In this document: piece after piece, positions 1 to 12,528 of the stretch | How the letters are laid out: every line of letters starts with the position of its first letter | How positions within the stretch are numbered: the first letter of the stretch is position 1 | Assembly (NCBI GenBank): GCA_030324005.1 | Contig: JARDVH010000025.1 | Coordinates: forward strand, 76,208,729 to 76,272,728 | Reading direction: 5' to 3' | From: Negaprion brevirostris | Lineage: Eukaryota | Length of the DNA: 64,000 nucleotides | Notes under the pieces: model-generated | The model's input: the letters and a program-made list of their open reading frames with translations, nothing else | Database searches by the model: none | Told to the model about the DNA's origin: nothing | Position numbers and translations under genes: made by a program

Positions 1-19
1 CTGGGGAGAGCACCAAGAA

Positions 20-670
20 TTTACCATAGTTTTGGCTCAGATGCAACTGTCTCACATCTGAGTCAGAAGATCATCATTTCAAGCCACATTCCAAAGAATT
101 GATCACATAATCCAGGCTAACACTTCACTGCAGCATTAAGGTAGTCTGGCCTCATTTGCTCCTCCTAGTAGATGTTAAAGAAGTGGCAGTATTTGAAGAA
201 AGGGAATATAGATTGTGAGTGTTTTTTTTAAGCCAAAACATATGACTAAAAGTCTCCACAAGCACTCTTAGTTAAGTAACCTTAACCAAGTTCTTCATGA
301 ACTGCTACTGGCAAAACTGCACCTTTTAAAACAATGATGCACATCCTTCAGGACAGATGGGAAAATAGAAATTTTGGAATTTAAAACAGGTCACTGCATA
401 CTATCATGCATCCATTATGTGGCTGATATAGGAGGGCAAATAATTTATCACCATTGAATTGTCCTGGCCAGCATTATTCTTGAATAATAGTTCTATAAGG
501 AGTGTCCTGGCCAATATTTATCCCTGAACCAATCTCACTAAAACTGATTATTTTATGATTATTTTATGATTAACCCCATCACTGTTTGTGTGACCTCACT
601 GTGCATAAATTGGCTGCCATCATTATCAACTTTACAACATGGTCCTTGAAATGCTTTGAGAGATATTGTA
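20..670 (+). mobile_element. Degenerate Deu-domain SINE (SacSINE1-like), interrupted
   Basis: tRNA-like head at about 30-100 and the block GTCCTGGCCAATATTTATCCCT...AAATTGGCTGCC at 504-620, shared with copies at 7.7k, 36.4k and 59.2k. Confidence 0.6.
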
Positions 671-3101
671 TTTCCTTCTTTACCTTCTTTCTGCCTTTTT
701 TGCTGCCCTTTCTTTAGCTCACATGCCAACATTTTATGATGTACATACTGGAGCAAGGGGAGCAGCAGAATATTTTAGGGGAACCGAATAACCAGGCAGC
801 ACCAAAGATAAGCTCCAGTGTGGAGGATCAATAGATTCAGACATAAGACCATACTGGGAAGCTTTGATTCATGAGGCTGTGCTTCAATCACAAAACTTTA
901 GAGGAGCTGTTTTTTGCTGCAGCCAGATCTGTAACCAGCATTCTTAGCTGTGACCCAGAAATGTAAAGAAGATGGAGTTCTTTCCTCAGCCACCTGAATC
1001 TCTTTAGCACCATTTCTTTTTAAGTTCCATCAGGGGGTGAGGGCACCATATGACAGGTCATGAGTAGGTTATTCAACTACTCCATCAGCTTTGGCATCAT
1101 ATCCAAGCAACAGAGAGTGGGAAAAAGAGCGAACCGAGGATTTGTGCTACATTGCTGGATTCTCCAGGATGGAGTCTGTGCATCCTACGAGCTTCTCACC
1201 TGAGCTAACAATTTGTGCATTTTCGAGAAGATTCTGGCCCATATTTTTTAATTTGCACCTTGATTCCACATAGTGACTAGAATTGACATCAGATCCCTCA
1301 TCTGCTACAAGTTCTAGGTCCCACCTAAAGACTAGATGGACAGATAAGTTGCTCGACACACTTTATAGTGGGGAACGTGACTGAGGCGGCCCTTAGCCTA
1401 TGGAAGCTGATACTTGACAGGAAGAAAATGCAGATGACATCTCAGGAAAGAGCTCTAGAAGGCCTGGACCAATCTGCCACCCTCCACACGAATTGTGCTT
1501 TGAGTTGACTTCCAGGTTCCTGCAGCTGTTCTCTCCTGAGAGATGACAGGATTAAGCAGATGGAATTTAGCTGCTACCATCCCCTGCACCTCTGGACCCA
1601 ATGGTTAGGGTGATGATTGATTTCATGACACCAGAGATCCTCCAATCTACGAGATGCACTATTGGTAACTGTATGGAAGCCATGGTCTATCTGTCGATCT
1701 GTATGATCTAAGAGCTGTTACAGTGTTTCCATGGAGGTGGAGATTCTCTTGAGCTGGCTATCATCTGCAGAACTGCTGGATGTCAATGCAGTTGCCTCTT
1801 ACTGAATTACCTCCTGGAAGGAAGTAAAGGTTTCTGTTGGTGCAACTGAGAGGTATGGACCTGACAATCACACCAGTCAACTTGATCCTAATAGATTATC
1901 TCTTGATCCTGTGTGATGTTCATTTGACATGCTTTTAAAAGGAGGAGTCTTATTGTCAACTTTCTCTTCTGCCTCTCCTGAAGAATAGACAAATCCTTTC
2001 CCAGCTCCCATGTTTTATATATTAGGGGAGATGTNNNNNNNNNNATGGGGTTAGTAAAGGCTGCTGAACGTTGATGTAAATCAGAGTGTAGGCTTCTTCA
2101 GGAGAGATAGATTGGATGAAATCACAATGCTGGTTCAATGCTCTAACTGTTTACCACTCTACCCCTCCTCCGGAACTTTGGTTTCCTGTGTGGGATCTTG
2201 ATTATTCTTTCCTCTCCCTTAGGAATCCTTTGCTCCCCTGGAAAGCCCCCTTGGCTATGGAATTCTGCAGGGAAGAATGACAGAAGGAGGGAGAAGTGAA
2301 TGTGACCACCTGGGTTGAAAGGGTGATGGAGAAGAGAATAGATATTGACATGGTTGCAGTTATGCCATGGGGCCGCTAGGGTATGGTGGTATGAGTTGAC
2401 ATATTCGCCTGGGCCAGAAGATCTTGGGCCAGAACTTCCCTGGAATGGCTGTGAGTGTCAGATTGCCACTCTATGCCAAATTACTGATGTGAGATTTCTT
2501 CCATTCCTGCCTCTCCTTACCTTCCAACTCAGGCCAGGTGAGTTCCAAGCAACATAGCTGTCCTCAAAGCCCAGTGTCGCAGTCCAGCTCCACCACAGCG
2601 AAACAGGACACACGCTTTTTTACCACACTCGCTGCTGTAAATCCCATTGAAATTCACAGGCCAGGGAGAATGTGAGTGTCCAAGGTAAGTGAAAAGGATG
2701 TGGAGGGTGACAGAGAATAAAGGCCAGGACTTTTGAAATGGGCTGGTTGAACATCAGGGGGTTTAGACATCCAGAAGGTTCAGATGTTGAGATGGGTCAG
2801 ACTTTGAGTGTGTTGGTGGGATTTTGGGGTGGATTCAGGTTGGGTCAGATCAGTGCTGCAATGGGGGTAGTGGTGAGGGCTGGTGTCAGAGGCAGGGGGC
2901 TGTTGGGTCAGTCCCTCAGGGGTGGTGGGGGGGGGGTGGTGTGGTGTTGGACCTGTAAGTTTGAGGGGGAGGAGTTAGTCCTGGCGTGTTGTGGGAGTCC
3001 CNNNNNNNNNNNNNNNNNNNNNNNNNNNNNNNNNNNNNNNNNNNNNNNNNNNNNNNNNNNNNNNNNNNNNNNNNNNNNNNNNNNNNNNNNNNNNNNNNNN
3101 N

Positions 3102-3960
3102 AGAAGGTAAGTGACACAGAGTCCTAAGAGGGATATAGACAGGTTAAGTATGTAGGCCAAAAACTTGGCAAATGGATTGTAATGCAGGACAATGTGAAGT
3201 AATGAATTTTGGTATGTAGAATAGAGGAGCTGAATATTACTTAAATGGAGAAAGACTGCAGAAAGCTGCAGCACAGAGATTTGGGAGTCCTCATGCATAA
3301 ATCACAGAAGTCAGCAAGTAATAGGGAAGGCAAATGGAATTTTGGCCTTTATTTCCAAGAGAATGGAGTATAAAAATAGGGAAGTCTGGCTAAAACTGTA
3401 CAAGGCAATAGACCACACCTGGAATACTAAACAATTTTGGTTCCTTTATCTAAGGACAGATAACTGGCATTGGAAGCAGTCCAAGGAATGCTCACTAGGC
3501 TGATTCTGTGTTTGGAGAAATTTTCTGATAAGAGGTCGAATGGTTTGGTCCTGTACTCAGTGGAGTTTAGCAAATGTGCGGTGAGCTTATTGAGACATAA
3601 ATATGATTCTTGGGGGGCTTGACAGGGTAGATGCTGAGAGGTTATTTCCCCACTTGTGGGAGTGTCTAGGACCAGATGGCATAATCTCAGAATAAGGCAT
3701 TGCCCATTTAAAAATAAATGAGGAGTTCCTTCTGTGAGGGTAGTGAATCTGTGGAATTCTTTACCACAAAGGGTTGCAGAGGTTGGGTCCTTGGGAATGT
3801 TCAAAGTTGAGATAGACATTTGTAATCAGTAAGGGAATCAAGGGTTATGTGTAAATAGTGGCAAAGTAGAGTTGAGGATTATATCAGAACAGTCATGATC
3901 TCATTGAATGGCAGAGCAGACTCGATGGCTGAATGGCCTTTTCTGCTCCTGTGTCCTTTG
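3102..3960 (+). mobile_element. CR1-clade LINE 3' fragment
   Basis: Decayed RT C-terminal region (AGACCACACCTGGAATAC; GTGAATCTGTGGAATTCTTTACCAC = VNLWNSLP) and the CR1-type tail GCAGACTCGATGGCTGAATGGCCT. Confidence 0.85.
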
Positions 3961-4284
3961 TTGATGCCTGCCATGAACTTGAGGTCATCCCAAACTTGAC
4001 AGCCTGTATCCTACCTTGCAACAAGCCCAGTACTCAGTGACCTATAATGGCTCCTATTCTGGCTTTTGAAAACCTCACCCCTCACTGTCTCTGTAAGCTC
4101 CTCCAGTTCCATTACCCTCCAAGATCTCAGCATTCCTCTAATTAGGCCTCTTGGGCACACCTGACACTGATCATTCTGCCATTGATGGCTATACCTTCAG
4201 CTGCCAAGGCTCCAGGCTCTGAAAGTACTCCCTCAATTTTGTCATCTTACCGCCCCTCATTCCTGCTTTTAACATTGGAATATG

Positions 4285-4630
4285 GGAAGGCAGTGGTATA
4301 ACAGTACTGCCACTGGACTAGTAATCCAGAGACCCAGAGTAATGCCCTGGGGACTTGGGTTTGAATCCCAGCGCAGGAGATGGTGAAATTTAAATTCAAT
4401 AAAAATCTGGAATAAAAATTTATTGATGACCATGAAACTATTGTTGATTGTTGTAAAAACTTGCCTGATTCAGTAATGTCCTTTTGGGGAAGGAAATCTG
4501 TCACTCTTACTTGGTCTGGCCCACATGTGACTCCAGATCCACAGCATCTGGATTGATGCTTCATTGCCCTCAGGATGAGCAATAAATATTGGCCCAGCCA
4601 ACCAGCCAGCGATGTCACATCCCAAGAATT
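4285..4630 (+). mobile_element. tRNA-derived SINE with LINE-derived tail
   Basis: Head GGCAGTGGTAT...GGACTAGTAATCCAGAG...GGTTTGAATCCC; full-length similarity to 58495-58830; tail matches the LINE ends at 44.2k and 34.6k. Confidence 0.75.
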
Positions 4631-5234
4631 AATTTTTTAAAAAGTAACCCAGAAGTCAGAAGTGGTTTTTACTCTTCTGACATTTTCATGGTAACTATTT
4701 GCATAACACAACAGAATCATCTGAAGTTTATGATTTAAATCGCATTTTCAGACGGTTCCGAGTGCAGGGCAATTGCCCAGGGGAAGTTCGTACTTCTGAG
4801 AGGGATTCCCCTTTGCACCTTTGGGGTAACCCCCAAATCAATATGAGCTGAGAAAATGGAACTGTGCATTTGCCATGGTCTTTCTTCTTGTGAGAGGCCA
4901 GAAACCTAGAGACAAAGTGCGCCCATTGGTGGTGAATTTTGCAAAGTGCCTCACACCAAATTCTTCTGCAACAAGATAAGTAAATGAAGGTTAGGCTTAT
5001 GAAGAATAAAGGGGAAAACTAAATTAAAAAGAAGAGTAAGTTTGAGCATGTAGAGTGGTGAAGGTTTTCTTGGTTATGTGTTAGGGAAGGTGCATGACCG
5101 TAGGAAAGAGGTAGAGGTGCAGATGCCTTTAAGCAAAATGTGAAAGGTTAACAATGCCAGTGTTACTTATAGAGGGTTTGAGATTGTGGGTGCTCAAAGG
5201 GAGCAAGGGAAAAGGAAACAAGTGCTTTGAATCC

Positions 5235-5443
5235 TACTTTATTTACCCTGGTCGAATTGTTGAGCTTCTTTCAGCATCGTTATGCAATTCTTGATGTGAG
5301 GAAACTGGCAGAGAGTGCCAGGGCCATCCCTCTCCATGCAGTAAGGTGGAGGGAGATTCCTAAATGACATGCTGCCTAGCAAACCATGGAATCTGTGCTT
5401 CCTGCCTTCCACTGATGTTCAGAGAGTTTGTAAATCTTCTTGC
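5235..5443 (-). pseudogene. Myb/SANT-like DNA-binding ORF remnant, probably from a PIF/Harbinger transposon
   Basis: Minus strand reads ARRFTNSL...AWRGMALALSASFLTSRIA*RC*KKLNNSTRVNKV, matching the AW..IA..VSA....RT..QCRKK.NDL pattern of Harbinger Myb/SANT proteins. Contains stops. Confidence 0.55.
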
Positions 5444-7379
5444 TAGAAATTAACAGCCTATTGTCAAGTTGCTGCCTTGTCATTTTGTCCCAAGGGAAGG
5501 GTTGGCCTGTGATCACTCATGGTTCTGGCAAAAGGCAATTCAGAAAATAATGGGAAATGCACTGAGTGGATGATATATAATGGCGTTAAAAAAAAAAATT
5601 AAAAGACTCCCCTCACTGTCCACAAATGCATTTAGGAAAGTTGGTACAGAGATTGCAGTGAAGTTTCCTGCACTTAAGTAACAGACTGCACTTTTAGGGC
5701 ATTTACACCAGAACACGCACCTCTTACAATGCAAACTTACTTACCCAGTACTCCCTCTGCTGATGAATTGTCTAATTTTCCAGTATAACAAACAGGAAAT
5801 TCAGGGCAATACTACATCCCATCCTGATTGCATCCTTGTAAAGCTAAAATGTCCAAAGGCTTCTTCATCCTTTCCTCATATCTTAGTGTGGGTGTTTAAA
5901 CTTGCTAGCTTCTTAAACTTCTTTCAGGGCCTCATGTTCTGATAACCATAATCACTTAGAGAACCGAGCAGAAGTTTCTCTGGCTTGTCCTTGTGAATTC
6001 TTCCGGAAATTCTGCGCATTAGTGGATAGCTGCAGCAGCAGTATAAAGCAGGTGGTATTGTATCAGCAGCCCCTTATACAGATTGTTCAATTTGTCTGAC
6101 TTCACAGCCTCCACTGATGTTAGAATTTCACCCAACATATGTACCTTTCTGTGTACTGAAGGCAGAATTGGCATGACTGTATGCAATGTTTAACAGGCTG
6201 CTGACATCCACTACTGCACTCAAATGTGACGAAAGACCACTTTGACAAGTCACTATAAGTGACCAGCATTCTCAGCATGCATTGTGTGACTTCAGGAAAG
6301 GACTGAAACTACTAGAGAATGAAAACCTTCTAAATAAAATCACTGGGAAATCACTGTGCACTAATGAATTGTGCCTGACATTTTCCACCAAATTAAAAAA
6401 AATATTCTATATCACCTTTCCAGTTCCTCGCTCTCAGAGTTACTGCAAAATTAATGTGTGAAGTAAACATTTTATTTTGTCACCAACTGTTTGCAATGTA
6501 GTACATGATTATTGAAAATAACTATGAAACTCACAAAACAGAATTTTCACTGGCTTATTATGTTAACTCCTCGCACTAAAGATTTGTATCTTTTTTCAAT
6601 TTATAACTTTTCTTCCCCCTCTCTGTCCCATCAACACTAATAAACAGAATGGCAGTGAAAAATAGTCCTCTTTTGAAACACTTGTACATATGGTTCAAAG
6701 CCAGAAAACAACATTGGAGCAAGAATATTAGGTGCAGAGTCAAGCTCATGCAACCCAAAACTATCCAAATGATTTTACAGCTAAACTTCAGAAATGACAA
6801 GCACAGGAGATAAATAGTAGCATTAAATAGATGCGCTCTCTGTTTTATGGAGCGTCCAGAACAAACAGTTCCGTGTTGGAATGAACTTGGCGCAAGCTGA
6901 AGATCTATGCAATGCAAAAGCATGCCATTCACAGTGTGGAGATTACTCATGTTGACAAGAGGGAATCTCCTCCATATCCTTATGTTTCATTTCAGTATTC
7001 ATTTCTTTATTAAAAATAACCTCCTGACAGGTTAATTTTCGATCACTGCAAAAGTTAATTGACTGCAAATGATAAAGTGATTTCTTCTACTTGAAGAACG
7101 CCAGAGCAAATGACATTGCTCAGTGCATGAAGGACAGCAGTGAAGTTGATCCAAGGCAGAGTGGTGTATGAGCTTTGGTTAAATTAAATGATGTACTATG
7201 TGCAGCATTTAATTTTTTAGCAGGTTCATCTTGTGTTAGAAAGGAGTTAACTTTTTTTCTGGTGTTCTTTCCTGAAACTTTGCAATCAAATAACCTGCTA
7301 TAAGAACAAATATTTAATTATTATGACCACAATAAGAGAAGTGAAAAATCTGAAGGCTACACTTGTACAGGCAAATTCA

Positions 7380-7970
7380 ATGTTGTTACCCCAGTACAGT
7401 ACTGAGGAAGCATTGCACTGTCTTTTAAATGAGACAATTAAATTGAGATTCCAATCCATCTGCTTGGATCATTATAAAAGATCCCATGGCACTATTTTGA
7501 AACCTTGATGTGGAGTTGCTGGCGTTGAACTGCGGTGGGGACAGTAAGAAGCCTCACAACACCAGGTTAAAGTCTAACAGGCTTATTTGGCATCATGAAC
7601 ATTCGGACTGCTGCTCCTTTATCAGGTGAGGTCTCACACGATGGAGGGGCAGCACTCCGAAAGCTCGTGATTCCAAATAAACCTGTTGGGCTTTAACCTG
7701 GTGTTGTGAGGCTTCTTACTATTTCAAAGAGCAGGGGAGCTTTTCCCTGTCTCCTGACCAATATTTATCCTTCCGTCAGCATCACAAAAAACAAATTATC
7801 TGGTCATTTTCACGTTGCACTTCATGTGAGTTTGCTCAGCGCAAATTACCTGCCATGTTTCTTACATTACAACAATGATTATACTTCAAAAAGTACCTCA
7901 TCAGCCATAAAGCACTTTGAGACATTCAGTAATTGTGACCAGCACCACATAAGTGCAAGTTGTTCTTTTT
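7380..7970 (+). mobile_element. Deu-domain SINE interrupted by a Penelope-derived palindrome
   Basis: GATCCCATGGCACTATTT [insert] AAAGAGCAGGGGAG...CCAATATTTATCC...CTTCAAAAAGTAC...AAGTGCAAGT, colinear with the 59.0k copy. Confidence 0.7.
7506..7720. mobile_element. Penelope-like pseudo-LTR inverted pair forming a hairpin of about 180 bp
   Basis: Arms 7543-7630 and 7633-7720 are reverse complements (outer 30 bp exact). The same sequence flanks the GIY-YIG ORF at 54.4-55.2k. Confidence 0.85.
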
Positions 7971-9865
7971 GGAATACAAATACCCAGCATTTATTACACT
8001 CTGTTTCAGCCAATAGTGGTTAAGTTTGCATTGCAACTGCAGTGCATTCAAATGTATGACTTATGTTCGCTTTTCCCTTCACTTATTTATGCAAAGAGGT
8101 TTATTCAAAGTTTCCTCTGCTGATTCTTTTCGGCTATAAAAAATGTAATGGAAACACTCAGTAAGCTCATCATTCTCATTATGCTTACCATGACAGCTTT
8201 GTATTAGTTGCAGATGCTGGGCTATGCAAAATCAGATCTTCCACAGGAGGCCTGCTTACAACTGGTCGCTTGTACTGGGATGGACCAGGGCAAGAAAGTC
8301 AATTAGAGCTCTGCAAATATATGAAGCTTGTCATCACCCCTGTTGTTTTGAGTTGCAAAACCTGCACACAAAGAATAAGAATTGTTAACTCATTTTGTAA
8401 GTTTCTTATCTATAATGTTTCAATTAGGCACAATTCAATATGGAAGAGGGTTGAGGATGCCTGCTTGTCATACTCCAATTGGCATGATGCATTTCTACTG
8501 CAAGGATATCACTTGAAATGACATTTTGGAGATATGACTGGAACTTTAAACAATTATGGTTTCACAAGGCAACAGTGGAACATGAAGGTATTTGGCAATA
8601 CAATGTTGTACTTATTGAAACGGGTTTTTATTTTCACCCTCCTTTCTCCACATAAGCACGATCAATTTGAACACTCTAATTCATTACAGGAGTATTGGAG
8701 GACAGCAGAAGCCAGGTCAATCTAGTATAACAGAGGACTTCCACAAGAACTATAGTGATGACAACTGATGGAACTACAGATGAAAATAAGTGCAAACGAT
8801 TCAAATATAGCCTTAGAATGAGATTTTCTTTGACAACTCTGAACCAAGAAATGTGACTCACTCTCTTCCATTTTTTCTGTTGCTCTCTCAGTATCTGACC
8901 TTCTGTGATGAACGTCATGAGTTGAAATTGCAGGTGCCAGGAATACAATTCAGCCATGGCATGAAAAAGATAGTTTGGAATTGAAGCACATGTATTTTAA
9001 CAGCTCAAAGTGCTAATGGAACTTGTGAGTACTTAACAACACAAGTAACTGCCAGGAAATAAGAAACTTTTGAGAGGAATATAGGGTGGAAATTTTACAT
9101 TAGGTTTTAAAAAGAATCTGAGTGATGATTTCTATTACTTATCAACAGTTGGATTTAATTTTCTATATCCATTATTGCAATCAGTCCTCTTTACAAATGT
9201 GGTTAGAAGCTGACTTGACTCAATGTTCACAATAAATATAATCATTTATTCAAAGTTCTCTGTGCCAACGTTCCTCCCTCAATCAACGCGACCTCAAAAT
9301 AGACTGATTCATCATTCAATTCATTCCTGTTTTGGGGAGGTTTATGGTGAAGATTGGCTGCCACATTTATCTTCTGAAGAAGTGGTCTTGAAAGTAATTC
9401 ATTTCTGAACATTTTTCAGACATTTATACGAGAAGAAATGAAACCGTATCTAAGTGGAAGACATTTTTTTCAAATAAGTGAAGTAGCAGTCCTGGATATT
9501 GCAAGATTTTGCATATCGTAGGCAGAAAGGTTCTCTTTACAAGATTGCTTCCTACACTGACAGGATTTCGTTGTGTAAAGATGATAGGAGGTACAATAAC
9601 CTGAGTCAGGAATTGGGGTGAAGTAGGTTATCATAACACATTATTATAAATATTCGATTTGACTATTCATCTGTTTTAGGTGGATAACTTTTATTTCTGG
9701 GATTGATTTTTTAAATACAAGATCGATAAAAGCACCTAGGTTGAGAAGTTGGTAAACAATGCAATTGCAAATCAAAAGACGGCCTATGTTTGTTTTAATA
9801 AGGTCAGAGGTGGAAGTGGGAAAACATTAAACAATGTGTTATCTTCTCTGGGCTTTATGAGACAG

Positions 9866-9990
9866 TGGGGTGACTTTTCCTGATCTGCCTGCCTCAGGGA
9901 TCGTAGCAGGTGAGGGACAGACTATGAAAAGGTCTGTTGATCTTGGGTGCAAACTTCCAGTTTCAGGATGAATGCGGCTGGAAAATCCCA
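9866..9990 (-). mobile_element. MITE-like repeat of about 125 bp
   Basis: Reverse-complement similarity to 36282-36405 and 51124-51266; imperfect terminal inverted repeats GGG..TTTTCC / GGAAAA..CC. Confidence 0.6.
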
Positions 9991-12164
9991 GTCAGAGAGT
10001 CTTCAACTGCTTCATTAAGTAGTTTAAATTATTCATATGGTCTTCCAGAACAAAGGAAGGCTTTAAGAATTGATGGTAACTTGTTTAAATCTCTATCTGC
10101 GACATCCCCACTGTGCCTTGTTGCCTTGAGGGTGGATTGGTGGGAGGATTATTTTGTTTCTTTTTCTGGGGTAATTTTCACAAAATCAGGGTCTCCAGTT
10201 AGAAGCACCTTTGAGAAAAGCAGCAAGATCTACCAGGAGCTGTATAACAGCTGGACCCAGGACCAGAGAGCTGTCAGAATTCAATGGTATTTTATGATTT
10301 GAAGTCACTAAACAAGGATGTAGGGAGGTCAATGCTAGAACTTGGCAATCCACAACTGTGAGGTATTGAAGGGGAGTTGGAGGGTTGGCCAATGCTTGTA
10401 GAAATTAATATTAATATCAAACATCAGATAACTGTAGCACACTGAGGAGAGTCAAAATAAATTCCAGAGAGCTGTGGCACACCTTGATTTGGCCATAGGA
10501 AAAGTGAAGGAACCCTCAGTAGAAGGGAACTCTTAGGTGAAAATATAAGTAGAATGGGTAGTGTTTATTTGAGAATTGCTCTTACAAAGTAAAGGCTTTT
10601 GTTTAAAACATGAAATGTTGTAATGTAATTCTTTCATTTAATAACTGAGTATTTGAATTTCTTTTTAAAATTTCGTGATTTCTACTGTGATCATAAACTT
10701 TGTAAATTATATATCGGTGGCTCTCTTTTCAAAGAATCTTACAGAAAGTTATTCTGTAAGGCCTGAAGCAGACAACAAGAAAGCAAAGATTCATTTGCGT
10801 ATATTAGAAAGACACAGAAGAGGGATTCAGTTGCAAACTATGAAAAAGGTTAGACAGAGGCTATAAATGATTCAGCTGTTAAGAAATGGATGCAGAGGGT
10901 TTTAGCTGTGAAACAGAAAAACAGAATATATTGTTGGCATTTTAAAGGACAGACAAGCAAGTATTCAGTCATGGGACACTAAAAACAAACGATCCAGAGG
11001 AAATGAAAGGAGAATAAATGCAAAGAGTTAAAATCTGGGTAGGTGAGACTGGAAGGAATCAATTGCTTCAGGTCTGGATCAGTATACAAAGGGATTCTGA
11101 CACAGTGAGTGAAAGGAGTCAGGACAGAAAGTATTCAGCTGATGGTAACCTAGTGATGTGCATCTAATTAGTTGATTCCTCATATTCTAAAGTGAGATAC
11201 TAGAGCAGGTTGTATTAGGCATCTTGATGATCCATTTAAACCTCCTGCTCCTAACCTGTTGAAGTTTGTGGTATAGTTGATTTTTTTAGTGGTGTGATAT
11301 TTACACAGATTAATATTCATATTCCTTAATGTGGCCAAAATCATGCTGTCAAACCATTGAGGTCAGCACACCATGGAGTGGCATTACTAATATTAAGGTC
11401 TGAATTTACAGTCCACTCTGGTGGGTTTTGAGGCGGGGCAGTGGGGGAGCATGAAATTGCATGGATAGGATTTCCTCTGGGATCCCACCCACAGGGCCTT
11501 GTGAGGTGAGGGGGAGGCTGTCAGTTGTTGCCCCAATTAAGGCCCTTCAGTGGGCATTATTTTTTTTCCACCCAGCCTCAATTTTAAAGCTGGCAGGTGC
11601 TTGACGGATTCAGGGGGAGTTGGGGTGGAAATAGAAAAATTTAAAAACCTACATCTCAGGTGGTAAATTGGGGATTCAGGTGTTGGGCGCCCTCTGGTGA
11701 AGGCTCAGAGACTTCAGGCAAAGCCCTGAACCTCAACTGTCCTTCTGGTGACCCTGCAGGTGTCACTTAACCCTTCCCTCAGTGGGATCCTAATCGCTTA
11801 CCTGGTTTCCATGTTCCGGCACTTAGTGCCTCTTCCGGTCACTGCAGCACTACGCCTGGAGAACAGGCTGGCAGCTCTCCAAGGTGGAACTTCCTCCCAA
11901 GTGGTGGCCGATCACCTGCCATCTGAAAAATGCAGGCCTAAATATGCAAATTAGTGTAGGAAACAGCTGACGGATGGTTCGTCATTTATGTGTCACATGT
12001 TCTTATGTAGCATTGAAAATAGATTTCCACCACAAAAACAGTTTGTTTCCATATGAAATAAAGACTGCAAATGAATAATGGTCCAAACTTTTAATGCCGA
12101 CCTTGGAAAAAATAAAGCTGAAGTTCATTTTGACTGTTCACTATAACAAATAACTTGGGATAAC

Positions 12165-12238
12165 ATAGAACATAGAACATAGAACACTACAGCACAAACA
12201 GGCCCTTCGGCCCACGAGTTGTACCGATCACATCAACA
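12165..12238 (-). mobile_element. CR1/HE1-type 3' tail with (ACATAGA)n
   Basis: Three ACATAGA units followed by ACAGGCCCTTCGGCCCAC, the reverse of the CR1 3' stem-loop; runs into a gap. Confidence 0.7.
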
Positions 12239-12528
12239 NNNNNNNNNNNNNNNNNNNNNNNNNNNNNNNNNNNNNNNNNNNNNNNNNNNNNNNNNNNNNN
12301 NNNNNNNNNNNNNNNNNNNNNNNNNNNNNNNNNNNNNNNNNNNNNNNNNNNNNNNNNNNNNNNNNNNNNNNNNNNNNNNNNNNNNNNNNNNNNNNNNNNN
12401 NNNNNNNNNNNNNNNNNNNNNNNNNNNNNNNNNNNNNNNNNNNNNNNNNNNNNNNNNNNNNNNNNNNNNNNNNNNNNNNNNNNNNNNNNNNNNNNNNNNN
12501 NNNNNNNNNNNNNNNNNNNNNNNNNNNG

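Noticed and set aside
715-2035. Possible further Harbinger relic
   Set aside because: Composition is suggestive, but I could not recover convincing protein motifs.
11687-11700. Reverse CTCF-like motif GCGCCCTCTGGTGA
   Set aside because: Lies in a GC-rich, repeat-like segment (about 11.4-11.95k) with no upstream module; too weak to call.
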